Virus record (IMG/VR): IMGVR_UViG_3300050120_000012
Span: 7,813-71,812 of that record
Strand: one strand, 5' to 3'
Length of the DNA: 64,000 nt
Source of the DNA: a virus
How positions within the stretch are numbered: position 1 is the stretch's first letter; each line of letters starts with the position of its first letter. Below, one piece after another: positions 27,138 to 37,209 of this stretch. The translations under genes and the position numbers were made by a program. The notes under the pieces are model-generated. The model worked only from the letters and a program-made list of their open reading frames with translations. It was not told the origin of the DNA and made no database searches.

Positions 27138-30100
27138 GCGACGAACAGTTTAATATCCGCTTTAATGAGCAAGGCGCTTCCGATGTAATCAAGCGGATGC
27201 GCGAAGTCGTGTCCTCCGCTGGAGACGCGGCTGAAGCCACTGAGAACTTGAACGATCAGCTTGGGAAGGTCCAAGCTAAAGCCAACCCGGCTCAAGCCGC
27301 CTATGAAAAGCTGGCGTCCGGGATCGATGTATTGGGCCGGGCTCAGAAGGCCGGTCTCATTACTATGGATCAGGAGGCCCGTTCGCGGACTAACCTGATC
27401 GGTCGGATGGAAGCACAGGTCCGTCCGTTTTCCACTCTCGTCTCCAATATCCAGAATGAGACGCGAGCCCTCAGTCTAAATCGGACTGAACGGGATGCGA
27501 CACTTCGCACCATGCAACAGATGCAATCGTTGCAGTCACGCGGCGTAGCTCTGTCTGCGCAAGAGCGTGAACAACTTGCGGCGACGAACCTTGCGTATGT
27601 CCGTCAACGCGAAAGCATCGCTGCAACTGCGGCTGCGGAACGTGAGCGCGTCGTCGCTGCGCAGACCGCCGCTCGGGAAGTAGCCGCCGCTGCACGTCAG
27701 GAAGAACAAGCCAAGATCGCCGCCGCCCGCCAAGCTGCGGCTGAGAAGGCGCGTATCCATCGCGAGTCTCAAACGCAGCAAGCCCAAGGCGCTCGCCGGG
27801 ATAGCATCGTCGGTTCCGTGGTTCCGAAGATCGAAGCGGAGACCGCCGCGTATCGTCTGAACACCGTCGAGCGGAATGCCAATCTGCGGACGATCCAGCA
27901 ATCCGAAGCTCTGCGCACGTCTGGCATCACGCTCACGGAAGAAGAGACGGCGGCGATCCTGTCCGCCAACGTCGCGCTTGCTCAGCAACGTGAAGCGAAC
28001 CAACTTCTGGCGTCCACCGAACGGGAGCTTAATAGCGTCCGCTCGCGCACGTCCACCAATCCCGCTCAAGCGGCGCAGAGCCGCCTTAATGCCGACCGCG
28101 CGACCGTGGGGAGAGCGGGAGCCGTTGGTCTTATTTCGGGTTCGGAACAAGCTGCGCTGGAGCGCCAGTTGGGTCTAGCCTATGAGGCTCAGATCAATCC
28201 GCTGATCCGCACGAACGAACTCCTGCAACAGCGCGCGTCCTATCAGTCAGGTCTCTTCGAATCGGGCCGGGCTCTGGCGCTTGTGGAGCGTGATGTCGCC
28301 GCCGCTGAAGAAGCCGGGATCGCCGTCAGCCGTGAACAGATCGCCAGCCTTCGGGCGCAGGCTCAACAGATCGACCGCGTTGAAGGGGCTTACCGTTCGC
28401 TGAAGACCGCCAGCGGTTTGCTTGGCAATGTCATCGGTGGCTTTGCTCTGGCGGGTGGTGCGGGTGAACTCGGCAAGTCTATCGATGAGACCACGAACGT
28501 CCGCAACTTGGTCGGGGTTACTTCGACGGGTCCGCAAAATCAGCAAGACGCTACACAAGGCGTTTACAAGGTCGCTGAAGATACTCGCTCCAGCGTCGAA
28601 GATACCGCGAAGCTCTACTCCCGTCTGGAGCTTGCGGCTCAACGCTTCGGCATTGGTCAAACGCAAGTCTTGGGTCTCACCAAGGAAGTCAACGAACAAA
28701 TCCGTTTGTCGGGTACTTCTGAAGGTGAAGCCACTCGGGCGGTGATCGACTTCGCCCACTCCATCGGTTCGGGCAATGTCCAGTTCCGCGAACTCCGTGC
28801 GCTCACTCAGCAAGCGCCGTTTGTCGCGGTGGAGATCGCCAAGGGTTTGACCGCGCTCGCCAAAGAAGGAACCGCCCAAGGTGAGGCGTTCAAGCAACGT
28901 GCGTCGAAGGCTGGCATCAATGTCGATCAACGTGACATCGGCATTGGCGATCTGAAGGAACTGACTTCGAAGAAGGCGCTTGGATCGAATGACATCATCG
29001 CCGCCCAAGCTCTTGAGGCGGACGATACCCAAAAGCGATTTGAGAAGCTGACGCCGACCATCGCCCAAGCCGGTGTGCAACTGAAGGACTTCTTCCTCCA
29101 GTATGTCGATAGCGCAAACCAATCGACCGGCGCAGGCCGTAACATCGCTGAAGGTATCGAGTTCATCGGGAAGAACCTCTCAACGATCATCCCCATTGTC
29201 CTGATCGCCGGTTCGGCGCTCGCCGGTCTATTCATTGCTGAGAAGCTGATCCAAGGTGCGACCTTGATTGGCGTCCTCTTTGAAAAGGTCGGAATTGGCA
29301 TCGGCGTAACGAAGACCGCTACTGGCGCGACCGCCGGGAATACAACTGCGATGGATAAGAACACCATCGCCCAAGGCGTCAATGCCAAAGAGGTTGACGC
29401 TGTGACGGCGGCGCTCGCCCGGCAAACCATCGCCCGGCGCGAAGCCTCTGGCGCGGCTGCACCTAAGCCCGGCGTCGGTGCGGCTGGCGCTGGAGCGGCG
29501 GCTGAAGAGGTAGGCGTAGGGGTTGCCGCCGTCGAAGGCGAGGGAGCCGCTGTGGCGGGCTCTGCGGCGCTCGGCATCGGTGCTGTGGCGACCGGGTTCA
29601 CGGTGGTCATCCCACTCATCCTCGCGGCGGCTGCGGCCTATGCGTTGCTGAAGGACAATGTGAACCTCGCCACCGATCAAACCATTGCGTACTCCGATGA
29701 TGGGGTGACGAAGGCGATCCAAGGCAACATCACGCTTGGCGACGTTGCCGGTGCGATCTTCAGCAATATCCAGACGGGTGCGACGGAAACCGCTGGCGTC
29801 CAGAAGAAGGCGTCCGACGATACGGCGGCGACTGATAAGAAGAACTTGGATGATCGTCTAAACCACGCCAAGGCGAACTTCGATAAGACGCACACCTACT
29901 ATAACCAAATGGCGTCCGGCATCGTCAAAACGAGTATCGATGTCGCGACCTTCCTTGAGACGACTCAAGATCGTATCTTGCTTGGGTTCGATCTCTTGGC
30001 TGGTGGTATCGAAGTCGCCTTCGCAAATGCTTTCGATTATGTGGCTAATAAGTTCGGCGATCTTCTGAACGCGACTGTCATCCCCGGTCTGAATCTGATC

Positions 30101-32398
30101 GCTAAGGCGGACGGTGCTAAGGGCGTTGGGAATGTTCCGAAGGTTAACCTGACGGGTGCTGCGGACGCGGACAATGCTCAACGCAAGCTTCGCGATCAGA
30201 AGAAGTTGGATGACGATCAGAAGAACTACGCTGAAGGTCTAGCGAAGGCCGTCACTGATCGCTTTGTCAAGCGTAACACTCCAGCCGTCTCCACTTTGTC
30301 GAATAGCGCAGGCAATGGTGATGATGGTCTTCCGCCTGACAAGGCGAAGAAGGAAAAGAAGGACCCGCTGATCGCGGAGTTCGACGAACTTCTGAAGAAG
30401 ACGTTCCCGGCTGTAGAGGCGATCCGTAGCCTCAACAAAGAACTCGACGTGCTGGCTAAGGCGTCTGTTGCTGACAAGGAAGGGGTTGTGCTTCTCGCTC
30501 AAGCGGCGAAGCAAATCTCTGACTATGATAAGCAATACGGCGTCAACATTGCCGGGACGAAAGACGGTGCGATCACCGCCGGTCAACTGAAGGGCCAGAT
30601 CACCGACCGTCTGAAGGATCAAACGCTCGACGCCATTGACCCGGATCGTTCATTCCAACGGGATCAAACGGCCAAGCAACAGTCGTTCAACTTCGACGCC
30701 AATAGTACGGCGACGAACCCGTTCCAACGCACCATCGATAACAAGGTCTTCGAACAAGAGCAAAAGGAAGCTCAGCAACGCAAGGTCAACATCTCCGTCA
30801 TCCAAGAGGAAGAGGGTGCGAAGATCAGGCTGGCGGTTACGAATACCTCGCTTGCCGAACAAGCTGCGAAGGTTCGTGAAGCCATTGTAACGGAGAGCGC
30901 GGATCGCACTCGCCAGATCAGTCAGCTTGGTCAATCGACGGCGTTCATCAAAGCCCAAGATGATGCCTACAAGGTGTACGGCGTGAGCATCTTGGCCGGG
31001 GTGGCTGGATCGAAGGAAGCCTATGACGCGCTTGTGGCGCAGAACGTCGCTTTCGAGCAACTGAAGACGCGGGTTGATTCGGCCAAGGCTTCCTATGAGA
31101 CGATCATTGGCCCGGCGAAAGAGTTCAACTCTGGCGTCCAAGCTCTGAACGATCTCATGAGCCAAGGGCTCATCACTATCGATCAGTATGATAAGAAGGT
31201 CCGCGATCTGAACTCTTCGTTCCTCGCAACGAAGACTGACGCCGGTTCGGGCATTCAGCGTGCATTCCTAGACATCTCCAAAGAGGCGGACGATTCAGCC
31301 GCCGATATGGAACGTACTTTTAAGGATGCCTATAACAATATCGAGTCGGGTTTTTCCAGCCTGTTTACCGGGGGCGATCCCAAGGCGGCCCTCCATAAGG
31401 TCTTGGAAGGCGTCACGAATGATCTGTCGAAGACTCTCTTTCATAATATCACGGATGGACCTGTAAAGAACATTGCCAATAGTCTTGGTATCAAAGGCTT
31501 TGGCGATAAGGCGATCCAAACCCAACGCACTGATATTACGGCGACCAACGTCTATGTGAATGGTCAACAAACGGGCCAGCTTGGTAACGGCGGAGCGGGC
31601 GGTGGGTTGCTTGGTGGATCGACGCCGGGCGCAAATCCCTTGGGTCTCGGCTCGACGGGCGTCAATCCTTTGACGGGTGCGGCGAACGATAACAGCGTGG
31701 CCTCGATCCTGTCCGGCGGCGGTGGTCAAGGCGGCGCGGCTGGCCTGCTAGGTGGGAGTAACCCGCTGGCGGGTCTCGGCCTGCCTACCGACCCTCTAGC
31801 CTCGATTCTCAGCCCTTCCCCGTCGTCGGCGCTGTCCTCGCTCTTGAACCCCGGCTCAGCCTCCAGCCTGCTAGGTGGCGGCGGAGGGCTTGGTGGCCTG
31901 CCATCCCTGCTAGGCGGTGGTGGAGCGGCGGCTGGAGGCGGTGGTGGCCTGCTAGGCGGCCTCTCGGGCATTCTAGGCGGTGGTGGCGCGGCTGGCGGCG
32001 GTGGGTTGCTTGGGGGCCTGTCCAGCCTGATCGGCGGCGGTGCGTCGGCGGCTGGTGGTGGGATCACGTCGCTGATCTCCAGCATCCTTCCCTTCTTCGG
32101 CTTTGCGACCGGCGGGTCCTTCAATGTCGGCGGCGCTGGCGGTACGGACTCGCAAGTGGTGAGCTTCAAGGCTACACCGGGTGAGAACGTCTCTGTCGGA
32201 ACGCCTACACAGCTTCAAGCCGCACATGATGCTGCGGCCAACGCTGGACAGGCCGCTCCGCAAGTCAATCAGAAGATCGTCAATGTCATGGACCCTCAAG
32301 CGGCCCTAGACGCGATGGGTACACAAGCGGGCTTCAAGGTAGTGCTTAATCACATTGCCTCTAACCCGGAAGCAATCAAAAGGGCTCTTGGCGGATGA
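27134..32398 (+). CDS. tape measure protein
   Basis: 1754 aa, Ala-rich helical; tape-measure domain (LYSRL..A...ELRAL.QQAP); C-terminal FATGGSF.VGG.GGTDSQ..ATPGE.V. Confidence 0.93.
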   Translation: MSDEQFNIRFNEQGASDVIKRMREVVSSAGDAAEATENLNDQLGKVQAKANPAQAAYEKLASGIDVLGRAQKAGLITMDQEARSRTNLIGRMEAQVRPFSTLVSNIQNETRALSLNRTERDATLRTMQQMQSLQSRGVALSAQEREQLAATNLAYVRQRESIAATAAAERERVVAAQTAAREVAAAARQEEQAKIAAARQAAAEKARIHRESQTQQAQGARRDSIVGSVVPKIEAETAAYRLNTVERNANLRTIQQSEALRTSGITLTEEETAAILSANVALAQQREANQLLASTERELNSVRSRTSTNPAQAAQSRLNADRATVGRAGAVGLISGSEQAALERQLGLAYEAQINPLIRTNELLQQRASYQSGLFESGRALALVERDVAAAEEAGIAVSREQIASLRAQAQQIDRVEGAYRSLKTASGLLGNVIGGFALAGGAGELGKSIDETTNVRNLVGVTSTGPQNQQDATQGVYKVAEDTRSSVEDTAKLYSRLELAAQRFGIGQTQVLGLTKEVNEQIRLSGTSEGEATRAVIDFAHSIGSGNVQFRELRALTQQAPFVAVEIAKGLTALAKEGTAQGEAFKQRASKAGINVDQRDIGIGDLKELTSKKALGSNDIIAAQALEADDTQKRFEKLTPTIAQAGVQLKDFFLQYVDSANQSTGAGRNIAEGIEFIGKNLSTIIPIVLIAGSALAGLFIAEKLIQGATLIGVLFEKVGIGIGVTKTATGATAGNTTAMDKNTIAQGVNAKEVDAVTAALARQTIARREASGAAAPKPGVGAAGAGAAAEEVGVGVAAVEGEGAAVAGSAALGIGAVATGFTVVIPLILAAAAAYALLKDNVNLATDQTIAYSDDGVTKAIQGNITLGDVAGAIFSNIQTGATETAGVQKKASDDTAATDKKNLDDRLNHAKANFDKTHTYYNQMASGIVKTSIDVATFLETTQDRILLGFDLLAGGIEVAFANAFDYVANKFGDLLNATVIPGLNLIAKADGAKGVGNVPKVNLTGAADADNAQRKLRDQKKLDDDQKNYAEGLAKAVTDRFVKRNTPAVSTLSNSAGNGDDGLPPDKAKKEKKDPLIAEFDELLKKTFPAVEAIRSLNKELDVLAKASVADKEGVVLLAQAAKQISDYDKQYGVNIAGTKDGAITAGQLKGQITDRLKDQTLDAIDPDRSFQRDQTAKQQSFNFDANSTATNPFQRTIDNKVFEQEQKEAQQRKVNISVIQEEEGAKIRLAVTNTSLAEQAAKVREAIVTESADRTRQISQLGQSTAFIKAQDDAYKVYGVSILAGVAGSKEAYDALVAQNVAFEQLKTRVDSAKASYETIIGPAKEFNSGVQALNDLMSQGLITIDQYDKKVRDLNSSFLATKTDAGSGIQRAFLDISKEADDSAADMERTFKDAYNNIESGFSSLFTGGDPKAALHKVLEGVTNDLSKTLFHNITDGPVKNIANSLGIKGFGDKAIQTQRTDITATNVYVNGQQTGQLGNGGAGGGLLGGSTPGANPLGLGSTGVNPLTGAANDNSVASILSGGGGQGGAAGLLGGSNPLAGLGLPTDPLASILSPSPSSALSSLLNPGSASSLLGGGGGLGGLPSLLGGGGAAAGGGGGLLGGLSGILGGGGAAGGGGLLGGLSSLIGGGASAAGGGITSLISSILPFFGFATGGSFNVGGAGGTDSQVVSFKATPGENVSVGTPTQLQAAHDAAANAGQAAPQVNQKIVNVMDPQAALDAMGTQAGFKVVLNHIASNPEAIKRALGG

Positions 32399-33336
32399 CG
32401 TGGATCAACGGAACTGCAACTGACTATCTGGACATGCTTTCACAGATTGAAAGTGAAGCGGTTGCTCATGGGTGGACGAATAAGAGGTACACCACGTCCG
32501 GCGAGACTGCGCCGTACACGGCTGAACTGATCCTTGAAGGTCCGGGGTTTGGCGCGGGCTATGAAGTCTATATTGGCGTCCGCGCTCGGCAAGACGCACC
32601 GAACAATATCTTCAGCTTGGAAGGCCGTGGGTTCACGTTCTACAATGCCGCCCAAGTGTTCGACAATCAGCCGAACATCTCGCCTCCGGTCTATTGCAAT
32701 CTATGGGACTCGGCGATCACATATTGGATGAGCATTTCAGATCGGCGTATCTTGCTGGTGGCGAAGTGTTCGAACACCTATCACTCGCTCTATCTCGGGT
32801 ACTTCGCGCCGTTCACCGATCCGACCGAATACCCGGCTCCAATGTATATCGCCGCTGATGGTCCGAACATCGATACATTCGGTAACACCGATGCGTTCCA
32901 ACGGAGCATAGCAAACCCCGGTCTAGGCGGCGCTTATATTCGCGATCCGGCTGGCAACTGGATTACGGTTGCCGTCTATACCAATCAGACCTTTGGCTTC
33001 AATGGTTATGGTCTGAACAACTATACTATCTATCCATACCACCAAGGACAACCGACGAACGATAATCCTCCGGGGAACTACACAGTTCCTCTTGGGGCTC
33101 GCTTCGAACCTAACCCTGCGGTGGCGGCTTCCCTTCCATTCTTTCCAACGTACATTCAAGCCATGTTCAACAAAGGTGGCTTCCTTGGCGTTCTGGAGGG
33201 TGTGTTCTGGAGCCCCGGCAATACCCTCTCCGCTGAACAAGAGATCACCTACGGCGGCGACACTTATCAACTGTTCATCGCGATCTCCCGTTCGCTTGAA
33301 CAGCCCTCCCAATTCTATGCCGTGAAGGAAGCGTAA
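32395..33336 (+). CDS. virion structural protein (tail tip region)
   Basis: Follows TMP with ATGA coupling; YuA-like gene order. Confidence 0.75.
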   Translation: MTWINGTATDYLDMLSQIESEAVAHGWTNKRYTTSGETAPYTAELILEGPGFGAGYEVYIGVRARQDAPNNIFSLEGRGFTFYNAAQVFDNQPNISPPVYCNLWDSAITYWMSISDRRILLVAKCSNTYHSLYLGYFAPFTDPTEYPAPMYIAADGPNIDTFGNTDAFQRSIANPGLGGAYIRDPAGNWITVAVYTNQTFGFNGYGLNNYTIYPYHQGQPTNDNPPGNYTVPLGARFEPNPAVAASLPFFPTYIQAMFNKGGFLGVLEGVFWSPGNTLSAEQEITYGGDTYQLFIAISRSLEQPSQFYAVKEA

Positions 33337-34391
33337 TGGCCTATCTTAATGGAGCCTTCTCTGGCGGTGATACCTTCGCTACTGTGATGTCCAAGCTGCA
33401 CGACTTCTGTGTGACGGCGGGCTGGACTATCAATCTGAACTCATTCCCTTCCTTGGCCGTTTCCAAAGGGACGACGTTCGTCAATATCGCATTCAATGAG
33501 ACTGTTACGGTGGATGACACCTTGGGCTCGGGCAACGCTCATGCGCCGGATTTCGGTATCTCATCCTATCTGTCAAATGCCTATCCCCCGTCCTCTGACT
33601 CAAATCGCATCACCGATCTGTCATTTGATCCGGTGTTTCACAATGACTTAAACGGACCCTATAGCCAGTATTGGTTCTTCTCCGGTGGGGACGATGATCC
33701 GCCATACATCTATATGGTGATCCAGAAGGCCAACGGTAGCTACTCCTGCTATATGTTTGGCAGGATCGATAAGAAGGGTGTGGACTATGATGGTGGGGAC
33801 TTCATTACTGGTGTGAACTGGCATTGGAATTTCCAGAACAATACTGGCGTTCCCACGAATGGTTTCCAAGGGTCCGGTCAAGGCTCTGATCCAATGTCAG
33901 GCGCTCATGGGTGGCCCGGCGACGGCGCTGCGCAATACCAGTTGCGTCTTGGTGATGTCCTGACTTCACACCCCTATACGTCGAACTTTGGTGGTGCTGG
34001 CGGACGGCCCTATGCCAACGCTCTTGTCGGGATGATGTTTCGAGGCGATCAAGTTGCAACTCAACTTGAAAATTGGAGCCAAGAGAATCTTGGCTGGATT
34101 GGACAGGTGGCTTGGCTTGGCCCATCTCCGATCAACGGTGCAACGCCTTTGTTTGAAGTTCCGGTCTTCTACAATGACGCTGCGCAGTCGCGGATGATCT
34201 CCATGGGCTCTTACCCGAACTACCGTCATTGTTCGATGCTGGGGCGAGTAGAGGCTGAAGAGATCACCTTTGGTTCGGACAACTGGATTGTGTTTCCGAT
34301 GAAACGCGCTCTTCCTTGGAACCCCGAACCCTTCACCGCGAAGACTCTTACGTCTGCGCAATATGGACATGCTTTTAAGGTTGTCACCTAA
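33336..34391 (+). CDS. virion structural protein (tail tip region)
   Basis: TAATG coupling; C-terminus EEITFG.D.W resembles that of the previous gene. Confidence 0.75.
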   Translation: MAYLNGAFSGGDTFATVMSKLHDFCVTAGWTINLNSFPSLAVSKGTTFVNIAFNETVTVDDTLGSGNAHAPDFGISSYLSNAYPPSSDSNRITDLSFDPVFHNDLNGPYSQYWFFSGGDDDPPYIYMVIQKANGSYSCYMFGRIDKKGVDYDGGDFITGVNWHWNFQNNTGVPTNGFQGSGQGSDPMSGAHGWPGDGAAQYQLRLGDVLTSHPYTSNFGGAGGRPYANALVGMMFRGDQVATQLENWSQENLGWIGQVAWLGPSPINGATPLFEVPVFYNDAAQSRMISMGSYPNYRHCSMLGRVEAEEITFGSDNWIVFPMKRALPWNPEPFTAKTLTSAQYGHAFKVVT

Positions 34392-36127
34392 TGTTCCTCC
34401 AGAACGATGTCGTTTACGGTCGCGGCACAGTCACGTCGCCGCACGGTACGCCCGTTCTGGACGCGCCGTCCGTTGGCGTGGATATGGATGGCCTTGGAAT
34501 CTATACCAAAGGCACACAAGCTGGCGGATCGCATTCAGCTAAAGCCTCACAAGCTGGCGCTCTATATGCTGGCTTCTTTGGTGACTACTTCAATAAGGTC
34601 TATATCGTTCCCGGTGTTCTGTCGCTGATCGATCCTATATTGGGTACGCCTGTCCCATTCAATTTCTGGAATACAAACTTCAATGATGGGACTGTAACGG
34701 GCGTTACTGGAGAAAACTCTGTCGGTTTGACCATCAATGCAAACTACCCTCTTACCATTGGTGGTCTGAAGCTCACGCCTGCGGCAATCACCGTGGACGA
34801 TTCGGCTCCCGATTCTGAGGAAGCGATCTTCACCTTTGGGCTCGGCGGCGGTCTTACCACAAAGTGGACTGTTGAACTTCTCCGCACGAACCTACTGAAC
34901 ATCGCTGTTGAAGCGCCGCTAATCGAGACGCTGAAGTGGAAGACCGATGTTCTCGGCTCAAAGGAAGGGCAGGAACAACGGATCGGACTTGCTCAGTTCG
35001 TCCGCGTTGAACAGACGCTCAAGTATGTCATCACGGATGATGCCGATCAGAAAAACATCTTCGAACAATTCTTCGCCCTATCCAATGGGAGCTTCAGCTT
35101 GCCGTTGTGGATGGAACAAACCCGGCTGGAGGGTAACGTCACCGCCGGGACTGCAACGGTCCTGATCGACGTGACAAAGTTCGATCTTCAAGTGGGAGAT
35201 CAAATCCTCTTGAGCAAGTCCGACGAAAGCGTCCAAGAATCGGTGAAGGTTGACTTCATCAATCCTGACAATGTGACTGTCACACTTCTGTCCGTACTGG
35301 CGAACGATTGGACCACCGACGATCTGATCTTCCGTGTCACCACCGCTCTGTTGCCTGCCAAGCCTGAGATTGACCGTGGCAACTATGGCTATCTGGAGAT
35401 CAGCGCCGTCGCTCGCATCCAAGAGTTCCGTACACTGTTCAGCGCCAACGCTGCGCCGGTCGAACTCGTTAAGGCCACGGTGGTTCAAGATCGTGTCCTA
35501 TCGACGACGGTCTATACCCTGTCTGGCATTCCGATACTTCATGCTCGACCGATTGTGGATGAGAAGGTGAAAGAGACCTTTGATTGGGACATCGAAGTGA
35601 TTGACTTCGACATTGGTGCTTTTGAGTATTTCACCGACCGCCAACTGTCATCTCCTTCCTATGATCGCAAGTTCTACATTAAGAACCTAACGCAGAAGTT
35701 CTATTGGAATTGGGTACTCGAATGGATGCACGGCCAACGTCGTCCTGTGTGGCTTCCTACATGGGTAAATGACCTTGGACCCGACGTTGTGACTATCGGT
35801 GGTGCGACGATCACCACCAATTCGGAGAAGTTCTTCACCTACTATGGAGCGCAAGGTCTCCAATCCGTACAGGGCATGTGGTTCACTCATCCGAACGGAT
35901 GGTTCGCCCGGCGGATCACCGCTATCTCTCGGGACGGCTTAGGCCATACCCTGATCCAACTAGATGAGGCCGTTCCCGACGATTTTCCGGTTTCTGGCCC
36001 CTATGAGCTTGGATTACTGATCTTGGCAAGGCAAGCTGTTGATGAGGTTACGCGGGAGTGGCATCCGCTCTATTCGTTCCTTTCAACATCGTTCATCGGA
36101 ACGAAGTCAACGCCAGAGATCACATGA
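34391..36127 (+). CDS. minor tail/distal tail protein
   Basis: ETL.WKTDV.....G.EQRI and GQRRPVWLPTW motifs. Confidence 0.75.
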   Translation: MFLQNDVVYGRGTVTSPHGTPVLDAPSVGVDMDGLGIYTKGTQAGGSHSAKASQAGALYAGFFGDYFNKVYIVPGVLSLIDPILGTPVPFNFWNTNFNDGTVTGVTGENSVGLTINANYPLTIGGLKLTPAAITVDDSAPDSEEAIFTFGLGGGLTTKWTVELLRTNLLNIAVEAPLIETLKWKTDVLGSKEGQEQRIGLAQFVRVEQTLKYVITDDADQKNIFEQFFALSNGSFSLPLWMEQTRLEGNVTAGTATVLIDVTKFDLQVGDQILLSKSDESVQESVKVDFINPDNVTVTLLSVLANDWTTDDLIFRVTTALLPAKPEIDRGNYGYLEISAVARIQEFRTLFSANAAPVELVKATVVQDRVLSTTVYTLSGIPILHARPIVDEKVKETFDWDIEVIDFDIGAFEYFTDRQLSSPSYDRKFYIKNLTQKFYWNWVLEWMHGQRRPVWLPTWVNDLGPDVVTIGGATITTNSEKFFTYYGAQGLQSVQGMWFTHPNGWFARRITAISRDGLGHTLIQLDEAVPDDFPVSGPYELGLLILARQAVDEVTREWHPLYSFLSTSFIGTKSTPEIT

Positions 36128-37209
36128 CTACCTTTGAGCAAGATGACACCGGCTTAGACTCCAGCAATCCCATCGAACTCTACAGGTTCTATGGGATTGA
36201 TGGTTCGTACACATACACGTCCGGCAATCGCCAGATGAGTTATGCTGCGCCGTCCTCGGAAAGCACTGAGGTCTATAAGCCGATCCCCATGTCCAGATCG
36301 GAAGTCGTCTTGGGCGATGTCACTGAGAAGAATCAACTGACGATCACCATCCCGAAGAACCTGTCATTGGTGAACGACTATGTGTTTGACATCTCACCGT
36401 GCGACGATCTGCTATTGGAGATTTACCGTCTTAATGGTTCGACCGGCGCAATCCAACTGATCTTCTATGGTATCGTCGCCAGCTTCAACGTCCAAGATAA
36501 CAAGGTCACTGTCGTCTGTCCGTCCACCTTCACGAACTATCTACAAACGGACTTCCCGAACATCTATTATCAGTCGGCGTGTAACCACGTCCTCTATGAC
36601 AATGGCTGCACCGTAAATCGAGCGGACTTCCTTGTGCTGGCGAACATCATGACGGTGAGCGCCGATGGCTTGACGATCACCTTTGAAGAGACTTCTGGAC
36701 CGATCTCCGGTTACGGTTCTCTGAGTAACACCGTCAAGACGTTGACTTACGGTGGGATCACATATGACTACTCGGATACTGAAGAGTGGGATACCTATCT
36801 TGCCAACTATCCCGATGTCGTCGAAGCCGCCATCAAAGCCATTGCCGCTGATACTGTTCACTTCCCTACACAGGAAGCCTATGCCGCTTGGCATTGGCTG
36901 AAGTTCGGTCGCTATGAAGGTCGGATCGCGCCTGTCCCGACTCTGTTCAACTCCGAATTGCCGGATGCTTGGCTGACGCCGGGTGAGATCGTGATCGGAA
37001 GTGAGCGCCGGTTGATCCTCCAGCAAGTGGGGACTTCTATCATGCTCAACTATCCTTTCCGCGCCATCAATGTAGGTGACGCTGTGGAGATGGCGGCGGG
37101 TTGCCTTCACACGTCGGACGCTTGTCGTGAGAAGTTCAACAATGGTGATAACTTCCTTGGATTTGAGTTCATCCCCTATATCAACCCGTTCCTTGTAGGG
37201 GTGCAATAG
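36124..37209 (+). CDS. tail tip/hub protein (DUF2163/GTA BR0599-like, lambda gpL-like Cys cluster)
   Basis: PIELYRF, C.H.LYD..C and GC.....C..KF.N..NF.GF.FIP motifs. Confidence 0.85.
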   Translation: MTTFEQDDTGLDSSNPIELYRFYGIDGSYTYTSGNRQMSYAAPSSESTEVYKPIPMSRSEVVLGDVTEKNQLTITIPKNLSLVNDYVFDISPCDDLLLEIYRLNGSTGAIQLIFYGIVASFNVQDNKVTVVCPSTFTNYLQTDFPNIYYQSACNHVLYDNGCTVNRADFLVLANIMTVSADGLTITFEETSGPISGYGSLSNTVKTLTYGGITYDYSDTEEWDTYLANYPDVVEAAIKAIAADTVHFPTQEAYAAWHWLKFGRYEGRIAPVPTLFNSELPDAWLTPGEIVIGSERRLILQQVGTSIMLNYPFRAINVGDAVEMAAGCLHTSDACREKFNNGDNFLGFEFIPYINPFLVGVQ

